64,000 bases of DNA. It comes from Gemmatimonadota bacterium. Lineage in GTDB: Bacteria; Gemmatimonadota; Gemmatimonadetes; Longimicrobiales; Gaopeijiaceae. Shown one piece after another: positions 18,968 to 28,915 of the stretch. Within the stretch, counting starts at the first letter, position 1. Each line of letters opens with the position of its first letter. A program made the translations under genes and the position numbers. The notes under the pieces are model-generated. The model searched no databases, had not been told where the DNA came from, and saw only the letters and a program-made list of their open reading frames with translations. Location: positions 1 to 64,000 of the forward strand of contig JBDHHQ010000008.1 of the NCBI GenBank assembly GCA_039589315.1, given 5' to 3'.

Positions 18968-20668
18968 GTGAGGCGTTCGGTTCTGGCTCCTGCGGCGGTG
19001 ATCCTGGTCGCCGTGTTCTCGGGTGGGTGGTTTCTGCAGCAGGGCGTCGAGCAGCAGCAGAACGTCTACTCACAGGTGCGCCTCCTCGAAGAGGTGGTGG
19101 ATCATGTTTCGGCGCGGTTCGTCGATCCTGTCGATCGATCGGGGCTGTACGACTCGGCCATCGAGGGCATACTCCGCGACCTCGGCGACCCGAATACCTC
19201 GTTTCTCCCCGCTCAGGCCTACGAGAACCTCCGGATCCGTACGGAGGGCGAGTACGGCGGCGTCGGACTGGAGATCACCGAGCGTAACGGCTTGATTACG
19301 GTGGTGACGCCTCTACCGGGCACGCCGGGGACGCGGGCCGGCATGCGAGCCGGCGACGCCATCGTGGAGGTTGAGGGCGAGAGCACCGATGGATGGTCGG
19401 TGGACGACGCGGTGGACCGGCTGCGGGGTCGACCCGGGACCGACGTCTCGGTCACGGTGCGCAGACCCGGCGTGGACGCCCCCATCCCGTTCACCGTGAC
19501 TCGGGCCGTGATCGAGCTCTTGTCCGTTCCCTTCGCGGTCGAGGTGGCGGAGGGAATCGCATACGTCCCGCTGCAGATGGTCAGCGAAAGCTCCTCCCGG
19601 GAGATCCGCGCCGCCATCAGCTCGCTGGAGGAGGACGGTCTGAAGGGCCTCGTCCTTGACCTCCGCGGCAACCCCGGCGGCCTCCTCGACGAGGGGGTGG
19701 CCATCTCGGACCTCTTCCTGGATCCGGGCGACGCCATCGTCGAGACGCGGGGCCGGAGCGCGGGGCAAAACGAGACCTTCTCAGCCACCCGGCCGCAGAG
19801 CTACGCCGAGCTCCCGGTGGTCGTCCTGGTGGACGAGCGGAGCGCCAGCGCGTCGGAGATCGTGGCGGGTGCCCTGCAGGACCACGACCGGGCCCTGGTC
19901 ATCGGCGCCACGAGCTACGGCAAGGGCTCCGTGCAGACCCTCTATCAGCTCCACGGCGGGAACGTTCTCAAGCTGACCACGGCCCGGTGGTTCACGCCGT
20001 CCGGCCGCTCGATCCAGATGGCGCCGGAAGATCGGGACTCCCGCGTGCGGCGAGCCACGATCGCTCTGGACGGCTCTCCTGTGGAGCGGCAGAACGGGAT
20101 CGAGCGCCCTCCCTTCCAGACCTTCGGGGGGCGGGTCGTGTACGGCGGCGGTGGCATCACGCCCGACTTGATCGTGGTCCCCGACACGCTCACCGCGGAT
20201 GAGTCTGAGGCTGTTCGCACGCTCTACCGGGGGGCGGGGACGTTCAACGTCGCCCTCTTCGACTTCGCCGTGAAGTACCTGCAGGAGCAGCCGGAGCTCC
20301 AGCCCGGCTTCGAGCTCACGACCAGGGACATGGACGGGTTCTACGCGTCTCTGATCGAGCAGGGGCTGGAGGTCGACCGAGAGGTCTTCGACGCGGCGGG
20401 ACGGTACGTGATGTATCACGTAGGCCGAGAGATCGCGCTGCAGCAGTGGGGTGACGAGGGCCAGTTCCGACAGGTGATGGCGCTCGACCTCCAGCTGGGC
20501 CGAGCCGTGGAGCTCCTGGAAGAGGCCGACACGCCGCGGGGGCTGTTCACGCTCGCCGGCAGCAGCTTCGATGCCGCCTCCCCGGCCAGCCCGGTCGGTA
20601 GCGACGGCGTGACGCCCGAGGCCCACGCGGCAGGGGAGCCCGCGACCGACGACCCCGGGAGAGAGTGA
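18968..20668 (+). CDS. S41 C-terminal processing peptidase (CtpA-like) with PDZ domain
   Basis: YGGVG PDZ loop, LDLRGNPGG, SASASEI, SYGKGSVQ. Confidence 0.93.
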   Translation: MRRSVLAPAAVILVAVFSGGWFLQQGVEQQQNVYSQVRLLEEVVDHVSARFVDPVDRSGLYDSAIEGILRDLGDPNTSFLPAQAYENLRIRTEGEYGGVGLEITERNGLITVVTPLPGTPGTRAGMRAGDAIVEVEGESTDGWSVDDAVDRLRGRPGTDVSVTVRRPGVDAPIPFTVTRAVIELLSVPFAVEVAEGIAYVPLQMVSESSSREIRAAISSLEEDGLKGLVLDLRGNPGGLLDEGVAISDLFLDPGDAIVETRGRSAGQNETFSATRPQSYAELPVVVLVDERSASASEIVAGALQDHDRALVIGATSYGKGSVQTLYQLHGGNVLKLTTARWFTPSGRSIQMAPEDRDSRVRRATIALDGSPVERQNGIERPPFQTFGGRVVYGGGGITPDLIVVPDTLTADESEAVRTLYRGAGTFNVALFDFAVKYLQEQPELQPGFELTTRDMDGFYASLIEQGLEVDREVFDAAGRYVMYHVGREIALQQWGDEGQFRQVMALDLQLGRAVELLEEADTPRGLFTLAGSSFDAASPASPVGSDGVTPEAHAAGEPATDDPGRE

Positions 20669-20890
20669 CGTCGCGGCACCCGAGGCCTCCGACACCGGTG
20701 CCCCACCCCTCGACGTCGCATGCGCCGCCCTCGCCAGCTCCGGGGGGCGGCGCTCTTGCTTCCGCCGGACGGGCGCGTGGGCGGGTCCCTCGCGAGGCGT
20801 CCCACTCCGCCATTCGATGGGCCGCCGCGTTCCAGCAGATTCCCGGAGAGCTTCGATCGCGCCCAGCCCAGCCGCCTCCCGGACCGGGTC

Positions 20891-21520
20891 ATGACCGCCG
20901 TGCACAGTGACCGCGGCGCTCTTGCCCCGCCGGAGCGCGCAGTCGTGCGGTTGAGCGCCGCCCTGGCGACCCGGTCGGCGGAGGCAGTTCGCGCCGAGCT
21001 CGAAGCGGCCGCAGAGGACGCAGACCCCGTGCACGTGGAGGAGACGCTGCTGCAGAGCTACCTGTTCCTGGGCTACCCGGTTGCGTTGAACGCCTTTCGC
21101 GATTGGCGCCAGTTGTCGGACCGTGTGGCGCCACCCGCGGCCGCCGAGGATCCGGCGCAGTGGGAGGCCCGGGGCCACGCGGTATGCCGCGTCGTGTATG
21201 GGGGGCAGTACGCCCGTCTCAAAGCGAATGTCCGGCGCCTCCACCCGAACATGGAACGCTGGATGATCGCTGAAGGGTACGGCAAAGTCCTGGGTCGGCC
21301 AGAGATGGCGCTGGAGCTTCGGGAGCTTTGTATCGTCGCGCTGCTGGCGGTGCTGGAGGCTCCGCGTCAGCTCTACTCCCACCTGCGTGGTGCGTTTCAC
21401 GCAGGCGCCACCCCCCAGCGGATCGAGGCCACGCTGGCCGAGGCCCGCTCCATCGGAGCCCCGTCGGCGGCCCGAGAGGCGCGGGAGGTGTGGCGCGCGG
21501 TGCAGGACCGGAAGCGGTAG
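20891..21520 (+). CDS. Carboxymuconolactone decarboxylase (AhpD-like fold) family protein
   Basis: LFLGYPVALNA, YGKVLGRP, RELCIVA...QLYSHLRGAFHAGAT; no CxxC. Confidence 0.8.
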   Translation: MTAVHSDRGALAPPERAVVRLSAALATRSAEAVRAELEAAAEDADPVHVEETLLQSYLFLGYPVALNAFRDWRQLSDRVAPPAAAEDPAQWEARGHAVCRVVYGGQYARLKANVRRLHPNMERWMIAEGYGKVLGRPEMALELRELCIVALLAVLEAPRQLYSHLRGAFHAGATPQRIEATLAEARSIGAPSAAREAREVWRAVQDRKR

Positions 21521-21534
21521 AGGGGACGGGGTCC

Positions 21535-22560
21535 ATGTTCGTCGACCGTGCAGTCATCGAGGTGAAGGCGGGCACCGGAGGCTCCGGAGCGGAGGCGTTC
21601 CGCCGAGAGAAGGGCGTGCCGCGGGGCGGGCCTTCCGGCGGTGACGGTGGGAAGGGCGGGGACGTGATCCTGGTCGCGGATCCTCAGCTCACCACGCTCC
21701 TGGACTACAGCTATCGCCGTCACTACAAGGCGCCCCGCGGCAAGCACGGCGAGGGGAAGAACAAGACTGGTCGAGCCGGAGAGGACCTGGAGCTCCGCGT
21801 GCCGCCGGGCACGATCGCTCGGGACCTGGACAGCGACGTCGAGTTGGGCGAACTGGTGGCGCCAGGGGCTCGTCTAGTCGTCGCCCACGGTGGCCGGGGA
21901 GGACGGGGGAACGCTCGGTTCGCGTCGGCGACCCACCAGGCACCACGACGGTGGGAGCCGGGTGAGGAGGGCGAGGAGCGGCGCGTGGAGCTGGTCGTGA
22001 AGCTCATCGCCGACGTCGGGCTGGTCGGTGAGCCCAATGCCGGGAAATCCACGCTCCTCGCGGCCGTCTCCGGTGCCCACCCGAAGATCGCCGACTATCC
22101 CTTCACGACGCTGGCCCCCCACCTGGGCGTTGTGGGACTCTCCGACTTCCGGTCGTTCGTCATTGCCGACATCCCCGGCATCATCGAGGGCGCCCACGAG
22201 GGCAAGGGCCTCGGCCTGCAGTTCCTGCAACACGTCGAGCGCACCAGGACCCTGGCCATCCTCGTGCCAGTGGATTCGTCGGACCCGCAGGCCGAGTACG
22301 ACCTGCTCCGTGAGGAGCTGTACAGCTATTCCCCCGCGCTGGCCGAGCGGCCCCACTGTCTGGTGGTCTCCAAGGCCGACCTCGTGGCGTCGGGCGATCC
22401 CATGCCGGTCATAGAGGCACCCTCGGCGTGGGGGACGTTCGCCATCTCCTCCGCCACACGGACGGGGCTCTCGGAGCTGCTGGAGGCGCTGTGGCTCAGG
22501 GTCAGGGAGGAGACCGACCCGGAGGAAGAGCGCTCCAGCCACGGATGGACGCCTCCGTGA
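21535..22560 (+). CDS. obgE: GTPase ObgE
   Basis: MFVD, FRREK, glycine-rich Obg fold, GEPNAGKST, YPFTT, DIPG. Confidence 0.97.
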   Translation: MFVDRAVIEVKAGTGGSGAEAFRREKGVPRGGPSGGDGGKGGDVILVADPQLTTLLDYSYRRHYKAPRGKHGEGKNKTGRAGEDLELRVPPGTIARDLDSDVELGELVAPGARLVVAHGGRGGRGNARFASATHQAPRRWEPGEEGEERRVELVVKLIADVGLVGEPNAGKSTLLAAVSGAHPKIADYPFTTLAPHLGVVGLSDFRSFVIADIPGIIEGAHEGKGLGLQFLQHVERTRTLAILVPVDSSDPQAEYDLLREELYSYSPALAERPHCLVVSKADLVASGDPMPVIEAPSAWGTFAISSATRTGLSELLEALWLRVREETDPEEERSSHGWTPP

Positions 22561-23699
22561 AGCCCGAGGTTCCACCCGCGGAGCGGCCCACCCCCACGCC
22601 GGAGCTCACCGCCCTCCTCACCCTCAAGGCGGTGGAGGGCGTCGGAGACCGGACAGTGCGACGGCTGGTGGAGCGGTTCGGCACGGCGCAGGCCGCGCTG
22701 TCCGCCTCCCCGGCCAGCTTCGCCGCGGTGGCAGGTCCGGCCGCGGCCCAGAGTAGGGCCGACCCCGAGGCGCGCCGCCGGGCGACGGAGGCCCTCGGCC
22801 GCATGGACCAGGCTGGACTGGACGTACTCACGCTGCACGACCCGGACTTCCCGATCGCCCTCGAGGCGTTGCACGATCCTCCCGCACTTCTCTTCACCGC
22901 CGGTCGGAGGGAGCTGCTCAACCGTCCGGCCGTGGCCATCGTGGGAGCGCGGCGGGCCACTGAGGCCGGGCGGAGCACCGCGGCCGGGCTCGCGGGCCAC
23001 GTGGCGCGGGCGGGGGTGACGGTCGTCAGCGGCATGGCCCTGGGCATCGACGCTGCCGCCCACCGGGGAGCGCTGGCCGCCGGGGGCGATACGATCGCGG
23101 TGTTGGGGAGCGGAGCCGACCGACCGTCCCCACGAACGAACGTCCGCCTCTACCGGGCCATCCGCGAGCGGGGCCTCGTCCTTTCGGAGTTCCCCCCGGG
23201 GGATCGGCCACGGCCCCACCACTTTCCCAAGCGCAACCGCCTCATGGCGGCGTTGGCCCGGGCCGTCGTGGTTGTGGAGGCGGCCGAGCGCAGCGGAGCC
23301 CTCATCACCGTGGACCACGCCCTCGACCTCGGGCGGGAGGTGTTCGCGGTGCCCGGCTCGATGGTGAGCCGCCAGAGCCGGGGGACCAACGCCTTGATCC
23401 GGGAGGGCGCTCGGATCCTCGTGGAGCCCGAACAGCTCCTGGAGGAGCTCGGCATCGGCCCATCGTGCCTCGCACCGGGGTCATCGGCCGGCCCGCCGCA
23501 CCACCTGGGAACCGGGGTTGCTGGGCTGTGGACGGCCCTCACGGAATCGCCCACCCACGTGGACCAGGTCGCCGACCGGGCCGGGGTCCAGGTCGAGCGC
23601 GCCCTCGCGCTGCTCTCGACCCTGGAGCTCGAGGGGCTGGCCGTGCAGCGTCCGGGCATGCGCTTTGCCCGCGCCGTTCCCGGAGCGCGGGTATCGTGA
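22545..23699 (+). CDS. dprA: DNA-processing protein DprA
   Basis: AIVGAR, VVSGMALGID, HFPKRNR, VVEAAERSGALIT, C-terminal wHTH; start may be GTG 22557. Confidence 0.95.
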   Translation: MDASVKPEVPPAERPTPTPELTALLTLKAVEGVGDRTVRRLVERFGTAQAALSASPASFAAVAGPAAAQSRADPEARRRATEALGRMDQAGLDVLTLHDPDFPIALEALHDPPALLFTAGRRELLNRPAVAIVGARRATEAGRSTAAGLAGHVARAGVTVVSGMALGIDAAAHRGALAAGGDTIAVLGSGADRPSPRTNVRLYRAIRERGLVLSEFPPGDRPRPHHFPKRNRLMAALARAVVVVEAAERSGALITVDHALDLGREVFAVPGSMVSRQSRGTNALIREGARILVEPEQLLEELGIGPSCLAPGSSAGPPHHLGTGVAGLWTALTESPTHVDQVADRAGVQVERALALLSTLELEGLAVQRPGMRFARAVPGARVS

Positions 23700-24994
23700 G
23701 CGAATCTCGAGAGGGCGTTGGTCCGACCTCCGAGGTCAGAGACGCCGAGGGTACCGCCCACGAGGCCAGTCACACCGGGTCGGTGCGCTCGATCTACGTG
23801 CACGCCCCCTTTTGCGCTCGCCGGTGCCCCTACTGCGACTTCGCCGTGACGGTGGCGCGCGCCCCTCGACTGGCGCCCTGGATCGAGGCCTTGGAAGGGG
23901 AGTGGGCGGCGCTCGAGCGGGAAGGGCTCTTCTCCGTGGCCGAGTCCCTCGACTCCCTCTACGTCGGTGGCGGCACGCCTTCCCTGCTCGGTCCGGACGC
24001 CATGCAGGCCATCGCCCGGGTGCTGGATCCTCGACGCCTCGTCTCCCCGGGGCTGGAATGGACTGCCGAAGCGAACCCCGAGAGCTTCACGGTGGCGGTG
24101 GGGCGAGGGTGGAGCCGCGCCGGGGTGAATCGCCTCAGCCTCGGCGTGCAGAGCTTCGATCCGAGGGCGCTGGCCTGGATGGGACGGCTCCATGGCGCGG
24201 AGGGAGCGGCTGGAGCCGTGGCCACCGCCCGGTCCGCCGGCATCACCAACGTGAGCATCGACCTGATGTTCGGCCTCCCGCCGGGCCTCCGGCAGAATTG
24301 GTCCGAGGAGCTGGATCGGACCATGGCGCTGGAACCTCCTCACGTGAGCCTGTACGGACTCAGCGTCGAAGCGCGAACGCCTCTCGGCCGGGCCGTGGCG
24401 GAGGGTCGAGAGGTGGTAGCGGACGAAGGTCAGTACCGGGAGGAGTACCTGGAGGCGGCCGCGCGACTCACGACAGCGGGGTACCAGCATTATGAGGTGT
24501 CCAACTTCGCGCTGCCCGGGTTCTCCTCACGCCACAACATGGCCTACTGGGTAGGTGCCTCCTACCTGGGGCTCGGGAATGGCGCCCACAGCTATCTGAG
24601 CCCCATCCGGCGATGGAACCTCCGCGACTGGGTAGATTATCAAACCAAGGCGCAGAGCGGGCAGCTACCGGTCGAGGATCGGGAGGAGCTGTCGGCCCAA
24701 GCGGCCCGTTTGGAGGGTGTCTGGCTCGGCCTTCGCACCCGGGAGGGATTGGACGCGGGCTCCCTGCGGCCACCGGGTCGCCGGTTGTGGCACGGGTGGA
24801 TCCGCGAGGGCCTCGCTCGGCCACACCCGTCGCGGGTGCAGCTCACCGCGGAGGGCTGGCTGCTGCTGGACCGCCTCGCCGTGGAGATGGACGAGGCCTA
24901 CGGGTCGGGAGCGGCACTCGAGAGCCCGGAGACCGAGCGGCTGCAGGGCCCTCCGAGCCGGCATGTCGAAGTGGGGCGCGTTCGCCGGGATTGA
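23696..24994 (+). CDS. hemW: Radical SAM heme chaperone HemW
   Basis: YVHAPFC, CxxxCxxC, GGGTPS, YEVSNF, HNMAYW; start uncertain (23696 or 23783). Confidence 0.88.
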   Translation: MSESREGVGPTSEVRDAEGTAHEASHTGSVRSIYVHAPFCARRCPYCDFAVTVARAPRLAPWIEALEGEWAALEREGLFSVAESLDSLYVGGGTPSLLGPDAMQAIARVLDPRRLVSPGLEWTAEANPESFTVAVGRGWSRAGVNRLSLGVQSFDPRALAWMGRLHGAEGAAGAVATARSAGITNVSIDLMFGLPPGLRQNWSEELDRTMALEPPHVSLYGLSVEARTPLGRAVAEGREVVADEGQYREEYLEAAARLTTAGYQHYEVSNFALPGFSSRHNMAYWVGASYLGLGNGAHSYLSPIRRWNLRDWVDYQTKAQSGQLPVEDREELSAQAARLEGVWLGLRTREGLDAGSLRPPGRRLWHGWIREGLARPHPSRVQLTAEGWLLLDRLAVEMDEAYGSGAALESPETERLQGPPSRHVEVGRVRRD

Positions 24995-25020
24995 CGGCAG
25001 GGCGCGCGTTCCGGGATCTT
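24991..25020 (+). promoter_or_regulatory. Putative hrcA promoter containing a 16-mer shared with the dnaJ upstream region
   Basis: TTGACG-18 nt-GATCTT, 9 nt before the ATG; GGGCGCGCGTTCCGGG at 25000-25015. Confidence 0.5.
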
Positions 25021-25029
25021 CTTGGGGTC

Positions 25030-26103
25030 ATGGTGGACAATCTCCAGGTTCAACGCTACGGGCAGGACCTCTCCGAACGGGAGCAACAGGTCCTCGAGGC
25101 GGTCGTGCGGCTCTACGTGGACACCGCGGAGCCGGCGGGCAGCCGTACGGTAGCCAGGCAGTACGACCTCGGCGTTTCGCCGGCTACCGTCCGGAACACG
25201 ATGAGCGACCTCGAGGAGAAGGGATACCTCTTCCACCCGCACACTTCGGCGGGCCGCGTTCCCACTGATCTGGCGTACCGTTTCTTCGTAGACCGTCTGA
25301 TCGAGCCCAAGCGGTTGACCGCCAGGGAGCAGAGCCAGCTCGCCAACGCCCTGGAGGAGGACGTGGTGAGCTCCGCGGTGGGACGGCTGGTGCGCAGCGC
25401 CACGAGGGCTCTGAGCCTGCTCTCCTTGGAGCTGGGGGTGGCCGTGGCGCCGCGGCTCCACGATGCCGTGCTGGAGCGCCTGGACCTGAGTCAGCTCTCG
25501 TCGGACAAGGTGCTCCTCATCGCCACGATTCGATCGGGGCTCATCCGGACCGTGTACGTGGATCTGCCCGGAGCCGTACCGTCGGACACCCTGGTCAACG
25601 TGACCCGCATCCTCAACGAACGGCTCGTAGGATTGAGCCTGAAGGAGATCCGGGACTCCCTGCCCGCGCGTTTGAGGGACGCCGCGCCTGACAGCGCCGC
25701 GGCCGCCGAGCTCATCAACATCTTCATGCAGTCGGGCTCCGAGCTGTTCAAGGGCCCCGACGTGGATCCGCCCGAGGTCCACCTGGGGCAGGCGAGCGTT
25801 CTGGCGAGCCAACCGGAGTTCGCCACCGGCGAGCAGTTGAAGGGGCTGATCGAGCTGACGGAGCGACAGGATCTGCTGGCTGACGTCCTGGAGGACCGGG
25901 TGCATGGAGACGGCATCAAGATCACGATCGGCGGGGAACACGCGGCCGTCGAGCTGTCCGACTTCACGCTCGTCACGTCCGAATACCACGTCGGAGGGCT
26001 CAAAGGCGTCATCGGCGTCATCGGTCCCACTCGCATGCCCTACGAGAAGGTCATCGCCATCGTGGATTACACTTCCTCGCTCGTGAGCACGATCCTCAAG
26101 TGA
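25030..26103 (+). CDS. hrcA: Heat-inducible transcription repressor HrcA
   Basis: SPATVRNTMSDLEEKGYL, PHTSAGRVPT, GVIGPTRMPY. Confidence 0.97.
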   Translation: MVDNLQVQRYGQDLSEREQQVLEAVVRLYVDTAEPAGSRTVARQYDLGVSPATVRNTMSDLEEKGYLFHPHTSAGRVPTDLAYRFFVDRLIEPKRLTAREQSQLANALEEDVVSSAVGRLVRSATRALSLLSLELGVAVAPRLHDAVLERLDLSQLSSDKVLLIATIRSGLIRTVYVDLPGAVPSDTLVNVTRILNERLVGLSLKEIRDSLPARLRDAAPDSAAAAELINIFMQSGSELFKGPDVDPPEVHLGQASVLASQPEFATGEQLKGLIELTERQDLLADVLEDRVHGDGIKITIGGEHAAVELSDFTLVTSEYHVGGLKGVIGVIGPTRMPYEKVIAIVDYTSSLVSTILK

Positions 26104-26184
26104 AACACCACCCTCCTCGGCGAGGTACGGGGGAGGGCGCCCAGGCCTCACCAGAGGTGGATCACCGACGAATGACACCGGTCT

Positions 26185-26210
26185 GGAACGCGCGGGGCGC
26201 GCGTTCCGGG
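26185..26210. promoter_or_regulatory. Perfect inverted repeat upstream of dnaJ, GGAACGCGCG-N3-CGCGCGTTCC
   Basis: 10-bp arms at 26185-26194 and 26198-26207; 26195-26210 is identical to 25000-25015. Confidence 0.55.
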
Positions 26211-26228
26211 CGGTACAACCCCTGACGC

Positions 26229-27383
26229 ATGGCAGACTACTACGAGCTCCTGGGTGTCCCGCGCACCGCGGACACCGAGGAGATAAAGAAGGCGTACCGA
26301 AAGCTCGCCTTGAAGCACCATCCGGACCGCAACGACGGCTCCAAGGAGGCGGAGGAGCGCTTCAAGGAGGTGACGGAAGCCTACGAGGTGCTGCGGGACG
26401 GGGATCGGCGGGCGGTCTACGACCGCTACGGCGAGCAGGGCCTGAAGCGGGGCGGCGCCGGTGGAGCGGGCTTCGGTGGCTTCGACTTCTCCGACGCCAT
26501 CGAGGTCTTCATGCGGGACTTCGGTGGATTCGGCGCCTTCGAGGAGATCTTCGGGCAGAGGCGTCGGGGTGGGGGACGCCGTACCCGTAAGGGACAGACG
26601 CTCCGGGTCCGACTCCCCGTGACTCTGCAGGAGGTCGCGACGGGGATCACGAAGCGCATTCGCGTCGCCGTCCTCGACGCATGCGACCGCTGTGCCGGCT
26701 CCGGGGCCGAGCCGGGGACACAGCCGGTGACGTGTGGGACGTGTCAGGGAAGCGGGGAAGAGCGGCAGATCCAGCGGTCCGTCTTCGGCCAGTTCGTTAC
26801 GGTGGCCCCCTGCAGAACCTGCCGCGGCGAAGGCCGAGTCATCGACCAGCCGTGCAACACGTGTCACGGCGACGGCCGGGTCCGGACCGAGCGGGAAGTC
26901 GAAGTCGAGGTGCCCCCGGGTGTCACGTCCGAGAACTTCATCACGCTGAAGGCGCAGGGCAGCCTCGGATCCCACGGGGGGTCCCGGGGCGACGTGATCG
27001 TGCTGCTGGAGGTGCAGGACGACCCCCGGTTCGTCCGCGACGGTGCGACTCTGTTGTTCGAGCTGCCGGTGACCTTCGCTCAGGCCGCTCTCGGCGATCA
27101 GGTGGAGGTGCCGACGGTCAGCGGAAAGGTGCGGCTCACGATCCCGGCCGGGGTGCAGAGCGGGGAGCTGCTACGGCTCAAGGGTCGGGGACTTCCGGAG
27201 CTCAACGGCCGAGGCGTGGGGGACCAGCTCGTTCGCGTGGCAATCTGGACGCCGGACCGCCTCACCGCCGAGCAGGAAGAGCTTCTTCGCAAGATGCGCG
27301 AGATCGAGTCTCCCGCACCGGAGCGGATCGAGCACACCCAGTCGAAGGGCTTCTGGGAGCGGGTCAAGGAGGCCCTCACCTGA
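26229..27383 (+). CDS. dnaJ: Chaperone DnaJ (class A)
   Basis: J domain with HPD, G/F region, four CxxCxGxG repeats. Confidence 0.98.
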   Translation: MADYYELLGVPRTADTEEIKKAYRKLALKHHPDRNDGSKEAEERFKEVTEAYEVLRDGDRRAVYDRYGEQGLKRGGAGGAGFGGFDFSDAIEVFMRDFGGFGAFEEIFGQRRRGGGRRTRKGQTLRVRLPVTLQEVATGITKRIRVAVLDACDRCAGSGAEPGTQPVTCGTCQGSGEERQIQRSVFGQFVTVAPCRTCRGEGRVIDQPCNTCHGDGRVRTEREVEVEVPPGVTSENFITLKAQGSLGSHGGSRGDVIVLLEVQDDPRFVRDGATLLFELPVTFAQAALGDQVEVPTVSGKVRLTIPAGVQSGELLRLKGRGLPELNGRGVGDQLVRVAIWTPDRLTAEQEELLRKMREIESPAPERIEHTQSKGFWERVKEALT

Positions 27384-28261
27384 GTCCCGAACGGTGGCTG
27401 GCCCTCTCGGTCTGCACGCCGCCCGGCGGGGATCCGGACGTGATGGCCGCTGCCCTGATGTCGTTGGGCGGCCGTGGCGTCGAGGAGAAGCACGGTGCCC
27501 TGACCACCTACCTCGAGCCCCCGGAGGATCCCGAGGCCTTCGTCGCCGAGGCGCGCCGGCGCTTGGAGGCGTGGACGGGGCTGTCGGACATCAGGCCGAG
27601 CTGGACCTGGCAGCTCCAGGAAGAGTGGGAAACGTTCTGGCGCCGGGGCCTCGCCACGCGCCGGGTCACCGACCGGATCGTCGTGCACCCCAGCTGGTTG
27701 GATCCCGAGACACGCAGCGGCGACGTGGTGATCCAGCTGGACCCGGGCATGGCCTTTGGCACGGCCGAGCACGGCACGACGCGCGGGTGCCTGCGACTGC
27801 TGGACGGGCGGGTGTCAGGCGGCGACCGTGTGCTGGACGTGGGGTGCGGCTCGGGCATCCTCTCGATCGCGGTGGCGTTGCTGGGTGCGCGCAAGGTGCT
27901 CGCCATCGATTCCGACCCGCTGGCGTGCGAGGCAGCCCGGGACAATGCCGGGGTCAACGGCGTCGCCGCAGCCGTGGAGGTGGTGGAGCGTCGGGTGACC
28001 CCTTCGTGGCTCGCCGCCCTCGAGCCGCACGACGGGGTCGTCGCCAACCTGGAGACCCGCCTGATCCTGCCCCTTCTGCCCGATCTGGCCGAGGTGATCC
28101 GACCCGGCGGATGGCTGATCCTCTCCGGCATTCTGGCCGACGAACGAAACGACGTGATCCAGGCTGTGGAACGCCATGCCGACACCGGAGCGACCTTGGA
28201 GGCCGAGGACCGGGACGGCGAGTGGTGGACCGGCGCGTTCCGGCCTTGGCGTGGGTCATGA
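27380..28261 (+). CDS. prmA: Ribosomal protein L11 methyltransferase (probable CTG start)
   Basis: [40 protein letters not shown] 7 nt before CTG 27380; alternative starts 27440/27443. Confidence 0.92.
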   Translation: MSPERWLALSVCTPPGGDPDVMAAALMSLGGRGVEEKHGALTTYLEPPEDPEAFVAEARRRLEAWTGLSDIRPSWTWQLQEEWETFWRRGLATRRVTDRIVVHPSWLDPETRSGDVVIQLDPGMAFGTAEHGTTRGCLRLLDGRVSGGDRVLDVGCGSGILSIAVALLGARKVLAIDSDPLACEAARDNAGVNGVAAAVEVVERRVTPSWLAALEPHDGVVANLETRLILPLLPDLAEVIRPGGWLILSGILADERNDVIQAVERHADTGATLEAEDRDGEWWTGAFRPWRGS

Positions 28262-28759
28262 CTACGCCGGCCCGGGCCCTGCGTCCCCGAGCCGAGCCCG
28301 CACCCGCCCGTTCTCGGCCAGCAGTCCCAGCCATCGCGCCAGGGCGACGGCCGAGTCTCCGTCCAGACGCCGGCCGAGATACGCCACCGACGCCCGGAGC
28401 GTCCGAAGGGGACGGGGAGTTGGCCGGTCGCCGTCCGCGCCGGGATCGAGTCCGATGATCCAGGGACCGTACTCCACCGCGACGAGCGCGGCGTCCAGCG
28501 TGCGCTGAGGCGAGGGCTCGGGCCGTTCACGCACACCCGCCACGTGGTTGAGGGTACCGAGCAGGGAGGTCCAACCGGGGGCGGCCCGGACGACACGGAA
28601 TCGCTCCGGAGACCGGGCCAGCACGGCCAGGAGAGACTGCAGCGAGAGGGCGACGCCAGGCGCGTCGTCCTTGAGCAGGCGAAAGAGCTCTTCCAGCGGA
28701 AGTGCCGGTGCGGGGTTCCGGGCCAGCGTCGTGGCGGCGAGGTCGAGGATGCGGTCCAT
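28262..28759 (-). CDS. Hypothetical protein, possibly with an N-terminal winged-helix domain
   Basis: Fills the prmA-yqeY gap exactly, GGAG 5 nt before the ATG, globular-looking composition. Confidence 0.65.
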   Translation of the reverse strand: MDRILDLAATTLARNPAPALPLEELFRLLKDDAPGVALSLQSLLAVLARSPERFRVVRAAPGWTSLLGTLNHVAGVRERPEPSPQRTLDAALVAVEYGPWIIGLDPGADGDRPTPRPLRTLRASVAYLGRRLDGDSAVALARWLGLLAENGRVRARLGDAGPGPA

Positions 28760-28878
28760 GGCTTCTCCGAGGCAGAGGTCTGGAGGACCACGCTACCGTG
28801 CGGCCGAGTGCGATCCCATGGCGCGGAGGGACGCCCTGAGCCACCGGGGCGGAGCCGGCTCGCGGTCCCGTATCGTCG

Positions 28879-28907
28879 TTGACCCGCCCGAGGGGCCCCG
28901 GTAGCTT
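28879..28907 (+). promoter_or_regulatory. Sigma70-type promoter, probably giving a leaderless yqeY transcript
   Basis: TTGACC-17 nt-TAGCTT, ATG 8 nt downstream, no Shine-Dalgarno. Confidence 0.7.
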
Positions 28908-28915
28908 CGGTCACG

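Noticed and set aside
20669..20890. Several GC-rich hairpins between ctpA and the CMD gene
   Set aside because: No recognisable RNA motif; cannot be told apart from background pairing
24911..24937. CIRCE-like GCGGCACTC-N9-GAGACCGAG upstream of hrcA
   Set aside because: Only 11/18 consensus matches, weak dyad symmetry, inside the hemW tail and about 55 nt upstream of the putative -35; at most a relic
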